A DNA stretch of 64,000 bases from Octopus bimaculoides (taxonomy: Eukaryota). The stretch's first letter is position 1. The number at the start of each line of letters is the position of its first letter. A program made the position numbers and the translations under genes. Location of the stretch: NCBI RefSeq assembly GCF_001194135.2, contig NC_069002.1:30848622-30912621 (forward strand). Direction: 5' to 3'. The notes beneath the pieces were generated by a model. That model worked only from the letters and a program-made list of their open reading frames with translations, made no database searches and was not told where the DNA came from. Positions 11,770 to 24,409 of the stretch are shown here, piece by piece.

Positions 11770-12665
11770 CAGGGTGTATGAGCTAATTTTGAAAGTTTGC
11801 ATAAAAAGAAAACACAACATCCCATCCAAAAATAAAGGTTTTATAAAAAAACTTTAAAAATATCAACCTAGATTATGGCTAGGAGATAACAGTTTACTCC
11901 ATAGATGCCCTCAGCTTTGACCATGCCTTCAAAATAGCTTCAGAAGATGGGGCATGCATTCCTCACCGTGTCCCAAGGAAGATCTTTGAACACCTCCTTG
12001 ATTTCAGTCACTGGTTCAGCCTTGGTGTTGCAGGAAGAGCAATTGGTGTCTTTCTCAAATGTGTCCCACACATAGTAATCCATGGGATTACAACTGGGGG
12101 GAATTTAGGAGGACACAAATTGGGGCTGGTGAAATCATAGAAATTCTCCAACAACCATTTCTGACTCTTTCCAGAGGAATGGCAAGGAGCTGAATCCTTC
12201 TGCCACTGATATGGCCTTCCAGCCGCAAACCTCTCCAGCAATGGACTTGACCACAGTCTCCAGCAGCAGATTCACATAGCTGTCTGAATTGAGTCTAAGG
12301 TCCTGTTCAAAGATGTGGGGATGAAATGCGGTGTGTAGACGCAGTCAGAATGCTTGCTGTGTCCCTTCATGCAAGCCATTACTTCATAGTTTCTGTTGCA
12401 GCTGCCCATGTCATGTCTTACAGCCTTTACAATGTTCACAGAGCACGTGATGTTGGCATTTTGATACCAAGCATGAATCCTCATTATGCTGGTTAACTCT
12501 TTCCCAATATTCAGATGGCTTCCAGTCCTTTGTGTCAGCTAACTTTTTCTCAATTACAACTTTAGTCTTTATGCTTTCCAAGGCCATTGACTGTTCACCA
12601 ATACATCAAGCTCTTCTTGAAAAAAGAAGACACAAAATACCACCAAATTTAGCCTAAACATCCTG
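11770..12665 (-). mobile_element. Internally deleted mariner/Tc1 transposon (DD37D/maT-like)
   Basis: TIR CAGGGTGTATGAGCTAATTTTG at 11770 and a degenerate partner CAAATTTAGCCTAAACATCCTG ending at 12665, both TA-flanked. The minus strand has an N-terminal piece (MRIHAWYQNA...SDCVYTPHFI) joined to PHIFEQ.LRLNSD.YV..LETVVK, WQKDSAPCH, CNPMDYYVW and the C-terminal end. Confidence 0.85.
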
Positions 12666-12688
12666 TATGTATATATATATATATATGG

Positions 12689-12770
12689 ACAGCTCCCTGC
12701 TAGCTCCATGTCAAATTGTCCAACCCATGCCAGCATGAAAAGCAGATGATGATAACGGTGATGATGATGA
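12689..12770 (+). mobile_element. Family C retroposon 3' fragment
   Basis: GTCAAATTGTCCAACCCATGCCAGCATGAAAAGCAGATGATGAT. Confidence 0.7.
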
Positions 12771-13139
12771 TATATACATATATACATTATAACTGAAAGG
12801 CTCCAAAGTAATAGAAATAGGGGCCTTTCAGTCACAGTGTATAATGGTGAATCAACGGAAATTTATATTTAAATATATATATAAGCGATAAATTACAGGA
12901 CTCAATAAAAATGTAGAGTATTCTGTTATACATTAATGCATTATAACCGAAAGGCTCCAATTTCAATTACTTTTGATATTTCAGTTACACCATTATGTAG
13001 ATTTCGATAACAAATAACTGATTAGGCAGTTTACAGATCATTTCATCAGAAGACATACATTGAAATATAAAACTAATTGTGGTCTTTTTGTTTTATCTGG
13101 CAAATGAACACCACCAGCAAACAATTGATGTTGTTCACT

Positions 13140-13320
13140 TCCAGTCTTCCGTGTAAAAACGTCTGGCTATGGGAAAACATTGCCTCACTTACAAACAGGA
13201 GTGGGGTTAGCAACAGGAAACACATTTGGTTGTAGAAAATCTGCCTCAAAACATTTCATTCGATCCATGCAAGCATTGAAAAATATTATCATGTATGATG
13301 ATGACAACAACAACAACAAC
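13140..13320 (+). mobile_element. Family C variant retroposon
   Basis: GGGTTAGCAACAGGAAACAC...TGTAGAAAATCTGCCTCAA...CCATGCAAGCATTGAAAA...(GAT)n. The reverse-strand relative is at about 60280-60430. Confidence 0.6.
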
Positions 13321-13813
13321 AAGAATACAAAATACATCACTTTAACATGGAATTTCTACCCATTAACCGGGTATAATATCCCAGTTTTTGTATGATTTTT
13401 GCTACCCTGGTAACTATTAACATATTTGCATTATCGAAGTTTTTCAACCGAGATAATATTAATATATACATAAATTAAAATATTGTTACAGTCTACTATA
13501 TATATANNNNNNNNNNNNNNNNNNNNNNNNNNNNNNNNNNNNNNNNNNNNNNNNNNNNNNNNNNNNNNNNNNNNNNNNNNNNNNNNNNNNNNNNNNNNNN
13601 NNNNNNNNNNNNNNNNNNNNNNNNNNNNNNNNNNNNNNNNNNNNNNNNNNNNNNNNNNNNNNNNNNNNNNNNNNNNNNNNNNNNNNNNNNNNNNNNNNNN
13701 NNNNNNNNNNNNNNNNNNNNNNNNNNNNNNNNNNNNNNNNNNNNNNNNNNNNNNNNNNNNNNNNNNNNNNNNNNNNNNNNNNNNNNNNNNNNNNNNNNNN
13801 NNNNNNNNNNNNN

Positions 13814-13858
<45 letters not shown>

Positions 13859-14500
13859 CATACATACATACATATATATATTTATATATATACATACACA
13901 TGCATATATACACATACATATATATACACACACATACATATATATAAATATATGTGTGTGTATGTATATATGTTTTTAAATTCTTAACACACACGCACAT
14001 ACCTGCAAGCATGCACACACACACACACACACACGTAAGCACACACGCACACACACATACACACACACACTAAGACTAATAACAGAAATGAGAACATAAT
14101 TATGACAAGATCAATAATGAACAAAATTAATATATATCAATATATAATATTCTATGTAATACATGCTGATAATTATATATCTGAATGTATGGGACAATAG
14201 ACAAATAATAATAACAAAATGAAACACAAGTGGAATGACTATAATCCTGATAGTTATCGTGTATGCTGGTGGTTACGTTAGTCAATTGAGATTAAGATTA
14301 AATATAAAATCATTATAAAAATGAACGGTAGAAACAAACATTTCAAAATATTTCGAAATCATGAAAAATATCCGTAAAAAAACAATATTTGATGGATAAA
14401 GAGATCAACAGATGTGCCACGACTACAAATTTCACCTTGGCATGAAATGAATGCTAGAGTTATAATAATAATGATACTACTACTACTACTACTACTACTA

Positions 14501-14743
14501 TTAATAATAATAATAATAATAATAATGGTTTCAAATTCTGCCACTAGGGCAGCCATTTTAGGGGAAGGAGCTAAGCCAATTACATCGAGCCCAGTGTTCA
14601 ACTGGTACTTAATCTATCGACCCTGAAAGGATGAAAGACAAAGTTGACCTTGATGGAATTTGAACCCAGAACGTTGCAACAGACCAAAAATACTGCTAAG
14701 CATTTTGCCCGGTGTGCTAACGATTCTACCTGCTCACTGCCTT
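14501..14743 (-). mobile_element. tRNA-derived SINE, family B, with (ATT)n tail
   Basis: Full family B body. (ATA)n on the plus strand at 14501-14525 is the 3' tail. Confidence 0.85.
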
Positions 14744-14848
14744 AAGAAGAAGAAGAAGAAGAAGGAGAAGAAGAAGAAGAAGAAAAAGAAGAAGGAGGAG
14801 AAGAAGAAGAAGAAGAAGAAGAAGAAGAAGAAGAAGAAGAAGAAGAAA
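14744..14848. repeat. (AAG)n trinucleotide microsatellite
   Basis: About 35 AAG units with a few GAG/AAA variants. Confidence 0.95.
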
Positions 14849-15560
14849 TATGATGACTAAAGATATAGGAAGGTAGATTTGGATAGTAGGCATGGTTCAA
14901 ATAGAATACTAAATATTGGGAACTCATAAGATTTCATGTATATAAAATATAGATCGATATAACACCCTATAAGAGCATATGTTTAATTTATATCTTTTGA
15001 AAGGGCCCAAAATGAGTTCTACATAATGTTGTTACAGAATAGAAATTTTAAACAATGTCTGCACTTGATAACCAATTCATCATGCTTGTTAAGTAGGTGT
15101 TGGTTATTCGTCATAACGATAGCCAGTGCTTCATGTATATGAACATATCTATGGTATCATTTGTCTCAACAAAGATTAGTATATCGAATACGAAATAGAG
15201 TTGAAGATATATGAAAAGATATACATATAGCTTAAACTGTGCAATGTATACTTTAAGTTTCATGGTAAGACATGATATGCGTCATTAAAAACACTACTTA
15301 TATCATGAAACTTAACATCTGCTGGTACACAGTTTATAAAAATGTATGCATGCATATATACAGATATGTATGTATGTATGTATATGTATGTATAATACCA
15401 ATACAGTATTATAACCTTGTTATAGTCAAATTACTAATTGGTTTCATACCAAATGCCGGAAGTTGAGAACCAGCTCCAGCAATCAACAGAAGTTGCTTCT
15501 CAATTCTGATATGAAACCAATTTGTAAATTGGCTACTATGAGACTAGAATGCTGTATTTT

Positions 15561-15614
<54 letters not shown>

Positions 15615-15701
15615 AATAATGATAATGATGACAATAATATACAACCTCTGATAACTAAAATATATTTTTTGATCCATGAATTTTTGCACATAAATATTCA
15701 C

Positions 15702-15799
<98 letters not shown>

Positions 15800-16483
15800 A
15801 TGTATATATATATATTGTGTGTGTGTGTATTATAGCCAAGCAAGGTGTATACTGCAGGCTACTCTTCAGGCCAAAGGTATCTTAATTAAATAAAGTTTAC
15901 ATTGTCATTAGAAGGCTCATGTTAACATACAGAGGATTCAATCAGAATGCGATATATGTATATTATATATATGTGTGAGTGTGTGTGTATATATATATGT
16001 ATATTATATATGTGTATGTATGTGTATGTATATGTATATTATATGTATATGTGTGTGTGTGTTATATATATATATATATATACAAATTTACTGACAGACC
16101 AGATGTGCAACACCGAAAGAAGTAGACCTCAATATCATTGAAATAGAGGATTGTATTTAATATAAATAATACAACTATGGAAGAACACTTCTGTCAGAAT
16201 GATCAGATTGGCAAATGTTCCATTGCTGTTCTTTAACTAGTTTTTAAAAAGAATAAGTTATTATCTTGATTTAACATTTGTATCATCATCATCATCATCA
16301 ATGGTTTGATTCGGTTCCATGCAACTTCAAGTTCTGCAGGCCCTTAACGGCAGCCTGTCTCATTCAGGTTTTGGATTGCTGAATACACACACACACACAC
16401 ACACACACACACNNNNNNNNNNNNNNNNNNNNNNNNNNNNNNNNNNNNNNNNNNNNNNNNNNNNNNNNNNNNNNNNNNNNNNN

Positions 16484-16524
<41 letters not shown>

Positions 16525-16809
16525 GTATAGAAAATTAATGTTGACAGCAGTTCGCAATGTTTCACCAAAAAAGAAAACTATAATCGTCACTAAATGTGAC
16601 TAGGTTGTCAGAAACATCTATTTTGCTAGAAATAAGAGCTAAAATGCTTTCATGCTGAAGTGAAGTAATTGTATACATATATATACTGACAGAGACTGTG
16701 ATTGTCTGAAAACACTGTTCAAGAATTCCTTATATTGACAGTCAGTTTTGGCAATATATATACATATATACACACGTATAAGAGAGTGTGTATATATGCG
16801 TATATAAAT

Positions 16810-17530
16810 GTATATGGAACCATGGAAGAGCCATCTACTATATTAAGAATTCTCTGACCAAGAGATGGCCCTTTTTTGAATACCCTGCCTTTGTAGAATT
16901 GTGGCAACTAAGAAAATTAGGTGTAGATGAATGACTTGTGAGATTCTGGCAGTCTTTTTACAGAGGTGCTATATTCAAGGTGAGGGCTGGTTGTCAAGTT
17001 AGTGAAGACTTTGGCATGCTGGTTGGTGTTTAGCAATGCTCAGTTCTTAGTCCTCTCCTTTTTATTAGAATTCTCTTTGTCGTAACAGATGAGTTTAAGA
17101 TCATCTTTTTCAGTGAGACTTCTGTTGTATGCTGATGGCCAAGCTTCCATGGCCAAACATTTTAAAGAATTGGGGAAGAAGAAACAGACTGGAAAGCAAA
17201 ACTTAAAATTGAGAAGCTTCAAAGTAAACCAAAGACAAATATCTTAATTTGCAGAAATAAGACAAAAATTTACTGCTATCCATCTGGGAAGCAAACATAC
17301 TCAAGATATAGAAAAGAAGTAGACAGGAATTCCATATGGTGTTGCCCAACATCAACTATTGGTGATGTAGTGGGATCAGAGGTAGGGTAAGGGGGGAAGA
17401 AGGACTGTGTGTAGCAGTTGTGTAGGATTAATTAGCAGTGAGAGAACCCTTTAAATGAATTCTTTCAAATGCTCAAAGGGCTCACTGTTAAGTAGTTGAC
17501 ACCTTCTGTAGCCAGGATATTTTTAGATGC
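16810..17530 (+). pseudogene. RTE-clade LINE reverse transcriptase remnant
   Basis: Decayed plus-strand peptides: AFVE..W.LRKLGVDE*LVR, AIFKVRAGCQVSEDFGMLVGV*QCSVLSPLLFI, LLYADG (the YADD motif), and PSGK....RK.V.RNSIWC. Many stops and frameshifts. Confidence 0.8.
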
Positions 17531-17680
17531 TCAGAAAAATTAGGCAGCAGATTGCAAATAACAGAGAAAGTTTATCCTTTTTGTTATCATATTTTTTTTG
17601 AAATATGCTGTATTTGTTTCAAATAATTTTTAAAATAATGAAAAATTTAGTAAAATAACTATGATTATTAAACTCAGTTA

Positions 17681-17900
17681 AGGTGGCGAGCTGGTAGAAT
17701 TGTTAAGATGCTGGCAAAAGGCTTAGCGGCATTTTGTCTGTTGCTATGTTCTGAGTTCAAAGTTCCACCAGGGTCTACTTTGCCTTTCATCCTTTCGGGG
17801 TTGATAAAATAAGTACCAGTCAAGCACTGGGGTCGATGTAATCAATTTATCCACTTTCCCCCAACTTTACTGGTTTTGTGCTAAAATTTGAAATCATTAC
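17681..17900 (+). mobile_element. tRNA-derived SINE, family B
   Basis: AGGTGGCGAGCTGGTAGAATTGTTAAG...GAGTTCAAAG...CTTTGCCTTTCATCCTTTCGGGGTTGATAAAATAAGTACCAG. Confidence 0.85.
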
Positions 17901-18319
17901 GAAGCTGGTTCTTTGGAACATAAATTAACATGAAGTTTTGGGAGGAAGTTTCAATTTAGATTATTTTAAAACGGGAAGTTTGCATCATAAAAATGAAATT
18001 ACCCTCAAATTGCACACTGATGTTTTTAAATTGAAAGGAAACATCGAGCAATGTAGTCTTAGATACATTTTGCTTGCATAAAAGACAGGATGCTTCTATG
18101 TGGCCACTGAACTTATCAGACATTGCAGTCAAATCTTCCTCAAATTACACCATAAAGCCTTATTAGAACAAAGTACAAGAGGTTAGGTATACATGCATGT
18201 CTATATATGTATGTCTATATATGTATGTCTATATATGTATGTCTATATATGTATGTCTATATATGTATGTATGTCTATATATGTCTGTATGCATGTGTTT
18301 ATGCTTATACATACACATA

Positions 18320-18730
18320 TATCATCATCATCACTTATTGTCCTCTTTCTAAGTTGGCATGGGTTGGATGGCTTGACTGATAATTGGTAAGCCGAGGAGC
18401 TGCATCAGGTTCCGATCTGATTCGGCATGGTTTTTACAGTTGGATACTCTTCCTAATGCCAACCACTCCACAGAGTGCAGTGGGTGCTTTTTACGTGCCA
18501 CTGGCATGGGCGCCAGTTATGAAACACCAGCATCAGCCACGACTATGATCTCATTTAGCTTGATGGGTCTTCTCAAGCATGGTGTATTGCCAAAGGTGGC
18601 GGTCACTTGTCACTGCCTCCGTGAGGCCCAAAATACAAAGGGTGCATTCAAAGGGTACTTTTTACATGCCACCAACATGGGTGCCAGCTACGCAACACTG
18701 GTATCAGCCATGACTACAATTTCAGCCATA
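18320..18730 (-). mobile_element. Family C retroposon, long form
   Basis: (CAT)n tail, the CTTCCTAATGCCAACCACTCC core and an extended 5' body shared with the copies at 34948 and 39740. Confidence 0.8.
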
Positions 18731-18734
18731 CATT

Positions 18735-18799
<65 letters not shown>

Positions 18800-18840
18800 G
18801 TCTCTCTCCCTCACTCTTCATAGGTACATGAGTGTGTGTG

Positions 18841-18871
<31 letters not shown>

Positions 18872-19741
18872 CTGTCTGTCTGTCTATAGAAAGTAAAGAA
18901 CCAGAAGAAATGTTGCTAACCCTTTTGTCTGCTGTACTAATGGTTCTGCCAGCTAGCCAAGTTAATAATTCCTTCTAGTATATGCACAAGGCCTGCAATT
19001 TGTGGTGGTGGTGGTGGTGGNNNNNNNNNNNNNNNNNNNNNNNNNNNNNNNNNNNNNNNNNNNNNNNNNNNNNNNNNNNNNNNNNNNNNNNNNNNNNNNN
19101 NNNNNNNNNNNNNNNNNNNNNNNNNNNNNNNNNNNNNNNNNNNNNNNNNNNNNNNNNNNNNNNNNNNNNNNNNNNNNNNNNNNNNNNNNNNNNNNNNNNN
19201 NNNNNNNNNNNNNNNNNNNNNNNNNNNNNNNNNNNNNNNNNNNNNNNNNNNNNNNNNNNNNNNNNNNNNNNNNNNNNNNNNNNNNNNNNNNNNNNNNNNN
19301 NNNNNNNNNNNNNNNNNNNNNNNNNNNNNNNNNNNNNNNNNNNNNNNNNNNNNNNNNNNNNNNNNNNNNNNNNNNNNNNNNNNNNNNNNNNNNNNNNNNN
19401 NNNNNNNNNNNNNNNNNNNNNNNNNNNNNNNNNNNNNNNNNNNNNNNNNNNNNNNNNNNNNNNNNNNNNNNNNNNNNNNNNNNNNNNNNNNNNNNNNNNN
19501 NNNNNNNNNNNNNNNNNNNNNNNNNNNNNNNNNNNNNNNNNNNNNNNNNNNNNNNNNNNNNNNNNNNNNNNNNNNNNNNNNNNNNNNNNNNNNNNNNNNN
19601 NNNNNNNNNNNNNNNNNNNNNNNNNNNNNNNNNNNNNNNNNNNNNNNNNNNNNNNNNNNNNNNNNNNNNNNNNNNNNNNNNNNNNNNNNNNNGTGTTGAG
19701 AGGAATTCTTTGAGGTTTGAATAATTCACCTCTGGAAACAT

Positions 19742-19903
19742 TTGTTTCAGTCATTAGACTGTGGCCATGCTGGGGCACCACCTTGAAGAATTTTACTTGA
19801 AGGAATCAACCCCATTACTTATTTTTTTTTTTATTAAAGCCTGGACAAAATGCCGTTATTTTTTAGCCTAGCATGCTAACGATTCTTCCAGCTCACTGCC
19901 TTA
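19742..19903 (-). mobile_element. Adjacent SINE fragments: family A 3' tail and family B 5' head
   Basis: TTTCAGTCATTAGACTGTGGCCATGCTGGGGCACC is the family A tail. GCATGCTAACGATTCTTCCAGCTCACTGCCTT is the family B head. Confidence 0.7.
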
Positions 19904-19916
19904 ATAAAAATAATAA

Positions 19917-19969
<53 letters not shown>

Positions 19970-20063
19970 GATGCTTGGCAACAAATGGAAACAAAATTGA
20001 ACAGGGAAGAAAAACTCATAATAATAATAATAATGTTGTTGTTGTTGTTGTTGCTGCTGCTGC

Positions 20064-20097
<34 letters not shown>

Positions 20098-20555
20098 GGT
20101 CTTCTTCTTCTTTTACTTCTTCTTCTCTCCCTAACANNNNNNNNNNTGTCATCATTTTTTTTTTTTTCCTTTTTCATCCTTTTTCATCAATGTTCGGTGG
20201 AATTAACAAACGAGATGCTTCAATCAGACATAAAAAAAAAAAAAACACCACAACTCTATTTTCAAACAAACAAGACTTAGCAATTATGTTCTTTCATCGT
20301 TATGTTTAATTAAACATATGTTGTTGTTTTCCCCTATTAGCAACGTCGTATTACTGAATATTGTGTGGTATGGATTGGTTAGTACAAAATAATATATGTT
20401 AATCTGACTACCTGTATTGATTTCCTTCTGACTAGGTGTAGGATGAGTGGAGGCAGGCATTATGGCTTATGCGAGATTGAATGGTGAAGAGATGACAACA
20501 CAGCAAGTGAGAGATGCCAGTAGCTAGCCATATGTCAAGTTGCAGTTTGAATGTA

Positions 20556-20806
20556 GAGTAATACCACACCATAGCGCGGTTCACCTATCGCGGTTCATCT
20601 ATCACAGTTTATTATTTAAGCTTGCGTCGATTCATCCATGGTGTTGTTTGTTTGGGAATTGTAATAAAATAAATATATACAAATCATAAAAATAATTTTT
20701 AAAAAAATATACAGTACGGTACTGTTTCTGCTTCACGGCTTTTCACCTATTGCGGCAGGTTTGGGAATTTTGGAGCGTAACACCTGTGATAGTTGAGGGA
20801 TCACTG
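20556..20806. mobile_element. pogo/Tigger-like MITE
   Basis: The right end reads CGTAACACCTGTGATAGTTGAGGGATCACTG-TA. The degenerate left end reads TA-GAGTAATACCACACCATAGCGCGG, with repeated TATCGCGGTTCA units typical of Tigger-type MITEs. Confidence 0.65.
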
Positions 20807-20842
20807 TACATATATATGAAGGTAAATATATATGTATGTATA

Positions 20843-20877
<35 letters not shown>

Positions 20878-22290
20878 NNNNNNNNNNNNNNNNNNNNNNN
20901 NNNNNNNNNNNNNNNNNNNNNNNNNNNNNNNNNNNNNNNNNNNNNNNNNNNNNNNNNNNNNNNNNNNNNNNNNNNNNNNNNNNNNNNNNNNNNNNNNNNN
21001 NNNNNNNNNNNNNNNNNNNNNNNNNNNNNNNNNNNNNNNNNNNNNNNNNNNNNNNNNNNNNNNNNNNNNNNNNNNNNNNNNNNNNNNNNNNNNNNNNNNN
21101 NNNNNNNNNNNNNNNNNNNNNNNNNNNNNNNNNNNNNNNNNNNNNNNNNNNNNNNNNNNNNNNNNNNNNNNNNNNNNNNNNNNNNNNNNNNNNNNNNNNN
21201 NNNNNNNNNNNNNNNNNNNNNNNNNNNNNNNNNNNNNNNNNNNNNNNNNNNNNNNNNNNNNNNNNNNNNNNNNNNNNNNNNNNNNNNNNNNNNNNNNNNN
21301 NNNNNNNNNNNNNNNNNNNNNNNNNNNNNNNNNNNNNNNNNNNNNNNNNNNNNNNNNNNNNNNNNNNNNNNNNNNNNNNNNNNNNNNNNNNNNNNNNNNN
21401 NNNNNNNNNNNNNNNNNNNNNNNNNNNNNNNNNNNNNNNNNNNNNNNNNNNNNNNNNNNNNNNNNNNNNNNNNNNNNNNNNNNNNNNNNNNNNNNNNNNN
21501 NNNNNNNNNNNNNNNNNNNNNNNNNNNNNNNNNNNNNNNNNNNNNNNNNNNNNNNNNNNNNNNNNNNNNNNNNNNNNNNNNNNNNNNNNNNNNNNNNNNN
21601 NNNNNNNNNNTATATATATATATATATATATCCATATACATATATACATATATATATATATATACACTTAAATACACACATGTGTGTGTGTGTGTGCCTG
21701 TATGTCTGTATACATTGTAAGTATGTTTGTACATATGTCAATATATTTACGTATTTATATGGTTGAAATATCTCCATGAAACTGAATGGAAGTTATGGAT
21801 TAATTTACAGATGCATCAGTTTTGTATTACATAGTTTTATATTTTATAATTTTATTGAGAAATTTGTTAAAAATAGTTTTCCTAAAGTACAAAGCATATA
21901 TTTCCAATATGGCAGATGATTCTGCATTGAATAATGGGGGAAAAGAAGCTAAGGGAAATGATTTTTGCTATTTTTTCTGTTGCCATCATGGAAAACATGA
22001 AAATATTTCACTGATAAATCATACACATATATACATGCATACATATATACATATATATATACACATACATACATACATACACACACACATACATATATAT
22101 ATACACACATACATACATACATACATGTATATACACACATACATACATACATACATACATGTATATACACACATACATACACACATACATACATACATAC
22201 ACACACATATACATATATTGTATACACACACACATACATATATATACACACATACATAATTACATACATACACACATACATACTCTCTTT

Positions 22291-22697
22291 CTCTTTTTAC
22301 TATTTTACTTGTTTTAGTCATTTGACTGCGGCCATGCTGGAGTACCGCCTTTAGTCGAAGCAAATCGACCCCCAGGACTTATTCTTTGTAAGCCTAGGAC
22401 TTATTCTACCGGTCTCTTTTGCCGAACTGCTAAGTTACAGGGACCTAAACACACCAGCATCGGTTGTCAAGCAATGTTGGGGCGACAAACACAGACACAC
22501 AAACATATACACACATATATACATATATACGTATATACGACGGGCTTCTTTCAGTTTCCGTCTACCAAATTCACTCACAAGGCTTTGGTTAGCCCGAGGC
22601 TATAGTAGAAGACACTTGCCCAAGATGCCACGCAGTGGGACTGAACCCAGAACCATGTCGTTGGTAAGCAAGCTACTTACCACACAGCCAGTCCTAC
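22291..22697 (-). mobile_element. tRNA-derived SINE, family A, full length with internal microsatellite
   Basis: Head (rc) GGACTGGCTGTGTGGTAAGTAGC...GGGTTCAGTCCC, body ...GGAAACTGAAAGAAGCCCGTCG, internal (TA/CA)n tract, and 3' tail CCAGCATGGCCGCAGTCAAATGACT...GTAAAA. Confidence 0.9.
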
Positions 22698-22839
22698 ATA
22701 TATATACCTTTGTCTTTTATTTTTTTAATTGTTTCAGACACTGGGTTGTGGCTGCGCTCGGGCAACGCCCTTATATTTTTTTAAAGATTAGTACTCAATT
22801 TATTGATCCCCTTTGATGAACCACTATATTAATGTGGAT

Positions 22840-23088
22840 ATAAACAAACCAACACTGGTAATTGAGCAGGGTGGGGATGAGAAACGCAAACACAAAGACA
22901 GACACAGATACATATATGCACACACACACACACACCCACACACACACACACACACGTACACACAAAGACCTTCATAAGGCACTGGTTGACTGGGAGCCAT
23001 AGAAGTAGACACTTGCCGAAAGTGCTGCACAGTGGGATTGAACCTGAAAGCAGATGGTTACAAAGCAGTCTTCTTAACCACACAGCCA
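22840..23088 (-). mobile_element. SINE family A, older copy
   Basis: Diverged GACACTTGCCGAAAGTGCTGCACAGTGGGATTGAACC...TTAACCACACAGCCA with an internal (CA)n. Confidence 0.7.
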
Positions 23089-23140
23089 GACAGGATATAA
23101 AACGATATATTGTAAAAAGGTGTATTGTTTGCAAGATATA

Positions 23141-23174
<34 letters not shown>

Positions 23175-23183
23175 CATACACCG

Positions 23184-23309
23184 TTATCATCATTTAACGT
23201 CCATTTTCTATGCTGGCATGGGTTGGACGGTTTGACTGAGGTCTGGAAAGCCAGCGGCTGCACCAGGATCCAATCTGATCTGGCAATGTTTCTACAGCTG
23301 GATGTCCTT
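23184..23309 (-). mobile_element. Family C retroposon 3' part
   Basis: TTTAACGTCCATTTTCTATGCTGGCATGGGTTGGACGG...CTACAGCTGGATGTCCTT. Confidence 0.8.
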
Positions 23310-23483
23310 TACATATGTGTGTGTGTGTGTGTGTGTATAATATATATAAGAATATGTATGTATACACACACCCACACACACATATATATAGAGAGAGAAA
23401 TATGTACATATTCATACAAGGAAAATAGACATTAAAAGATGATGATGAAGATGATGATGATATGCACATATAGATACACATAT

Positions 23484-23518
<35 letters not shown>

Positions 23519-23520
23519 TA

Positions 23521-23749
23521 CAGAAGTGGTGTGCAGAAGTAGGTATACAGTAAGTATCACATGAATGTTATATAATAATTCATTAAGAATATTAGTACAT
23601 TAAATTAGTTTGGCCTCATTTATGATATTTTCAATGTCATTAATCATAATATTACTTTTATCGCAGGTTTTAATTTTTTTTGATAAAAATAAATGAATAT
23701 TGTACATTTTCATTTTTTCCTAGCTGTACACCTACTTCTGCACACCCTG
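23521..23749. mobile_element. mariner-like MITE, about 229 bp
   Basis: TIRs CAG(AAGT)GGTGTGCAGAAGTAGGTATACAG and CTGTACACCTACTTCTGCACACCCTG, TA-flanked. Confidence 0.8.
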
Positions 23750-23761
23750 TATATACATGTA

Positions 23762-24331
23762 CAGACATGCAGGAAGTAAATAGACACCTTTAATTTTCAA
23801 AATCGTTTGATATTAATTGGTTGAAGGAAAGGTTTTCTTCTAGCTGCTCGTCCATAATACCCAAGCTTATACAGATATGTAACACACGTTCTTGGACTAA
23901 CTTCTAGCTGTTTTACAATGTCAGAAGCCTTCGAACGGGGTTCGTTTTCCACAGTTCTCTTCAAACAGCGAAGCTTCCTTTCTGAGGGCCCAGGTTGACC
24001 AGGACGAGAATCTGTTGATTCCTTTCCTTGGCTTTTGAATTGCACTATAATTCTAATAACAGTAGCAAGAGGAATTTGAAGATTTTCGGCAATTTTTCGC
24101 TGGCTAAGACCAGCCTCAGATTGCCCAACAATACGACCTCTTTGAAAATCTGACAGTTCTGCTGAATTTTTTGTGCGTGGCATGGTTACTCTTTGCAAAT
24201 GTTTAATATAATGGCACCCGGAATGGAAAAGAATAATTACATTGTAAATTCTACACCGCTGAAAACATATTAAGGTGCTTAGATCAAAAATTTTGAAAAT
24301 TAAAGGTGTCTATTTACTTCCTGCATGTCTG
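23762..24331 (-). mobile_element. Internally deleted Tc1-family transposon retaining the DNA-binding-domain ORF (23797-24198)
   Basis: About 40-bp TIRs CAGACATGCAGGAAGTAAATAGACACCTTTAATTTTCAAAA. The ORF reads ELSDFQRGRIVG..EAGLSQRKIAENLQIPLATV..IIVQFK...RPG...ERKLRCLKR.VENEPRSKASDI...LYKLGYYGRAARRKPFL, a paired-like HTH region, and stops inside the opposite TIR. Confidence 0.9.
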
Positions 24332-24409
24332 AGTACACATCTAATATTTTCTAATGGAATTACACACTCTGCTACATTCTTCACCTCACAGCAAACATGA
24401 TAATTCAAC

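Noticed and set aside
20449-20500. Possible 48-nt exon reading CRMSGGRHYGLCEIE, vaguely like a nuclear-receptor zinc finger
   Set aside because: Cysteine spacing does not fit and the donor (GTGAAG) is poor.
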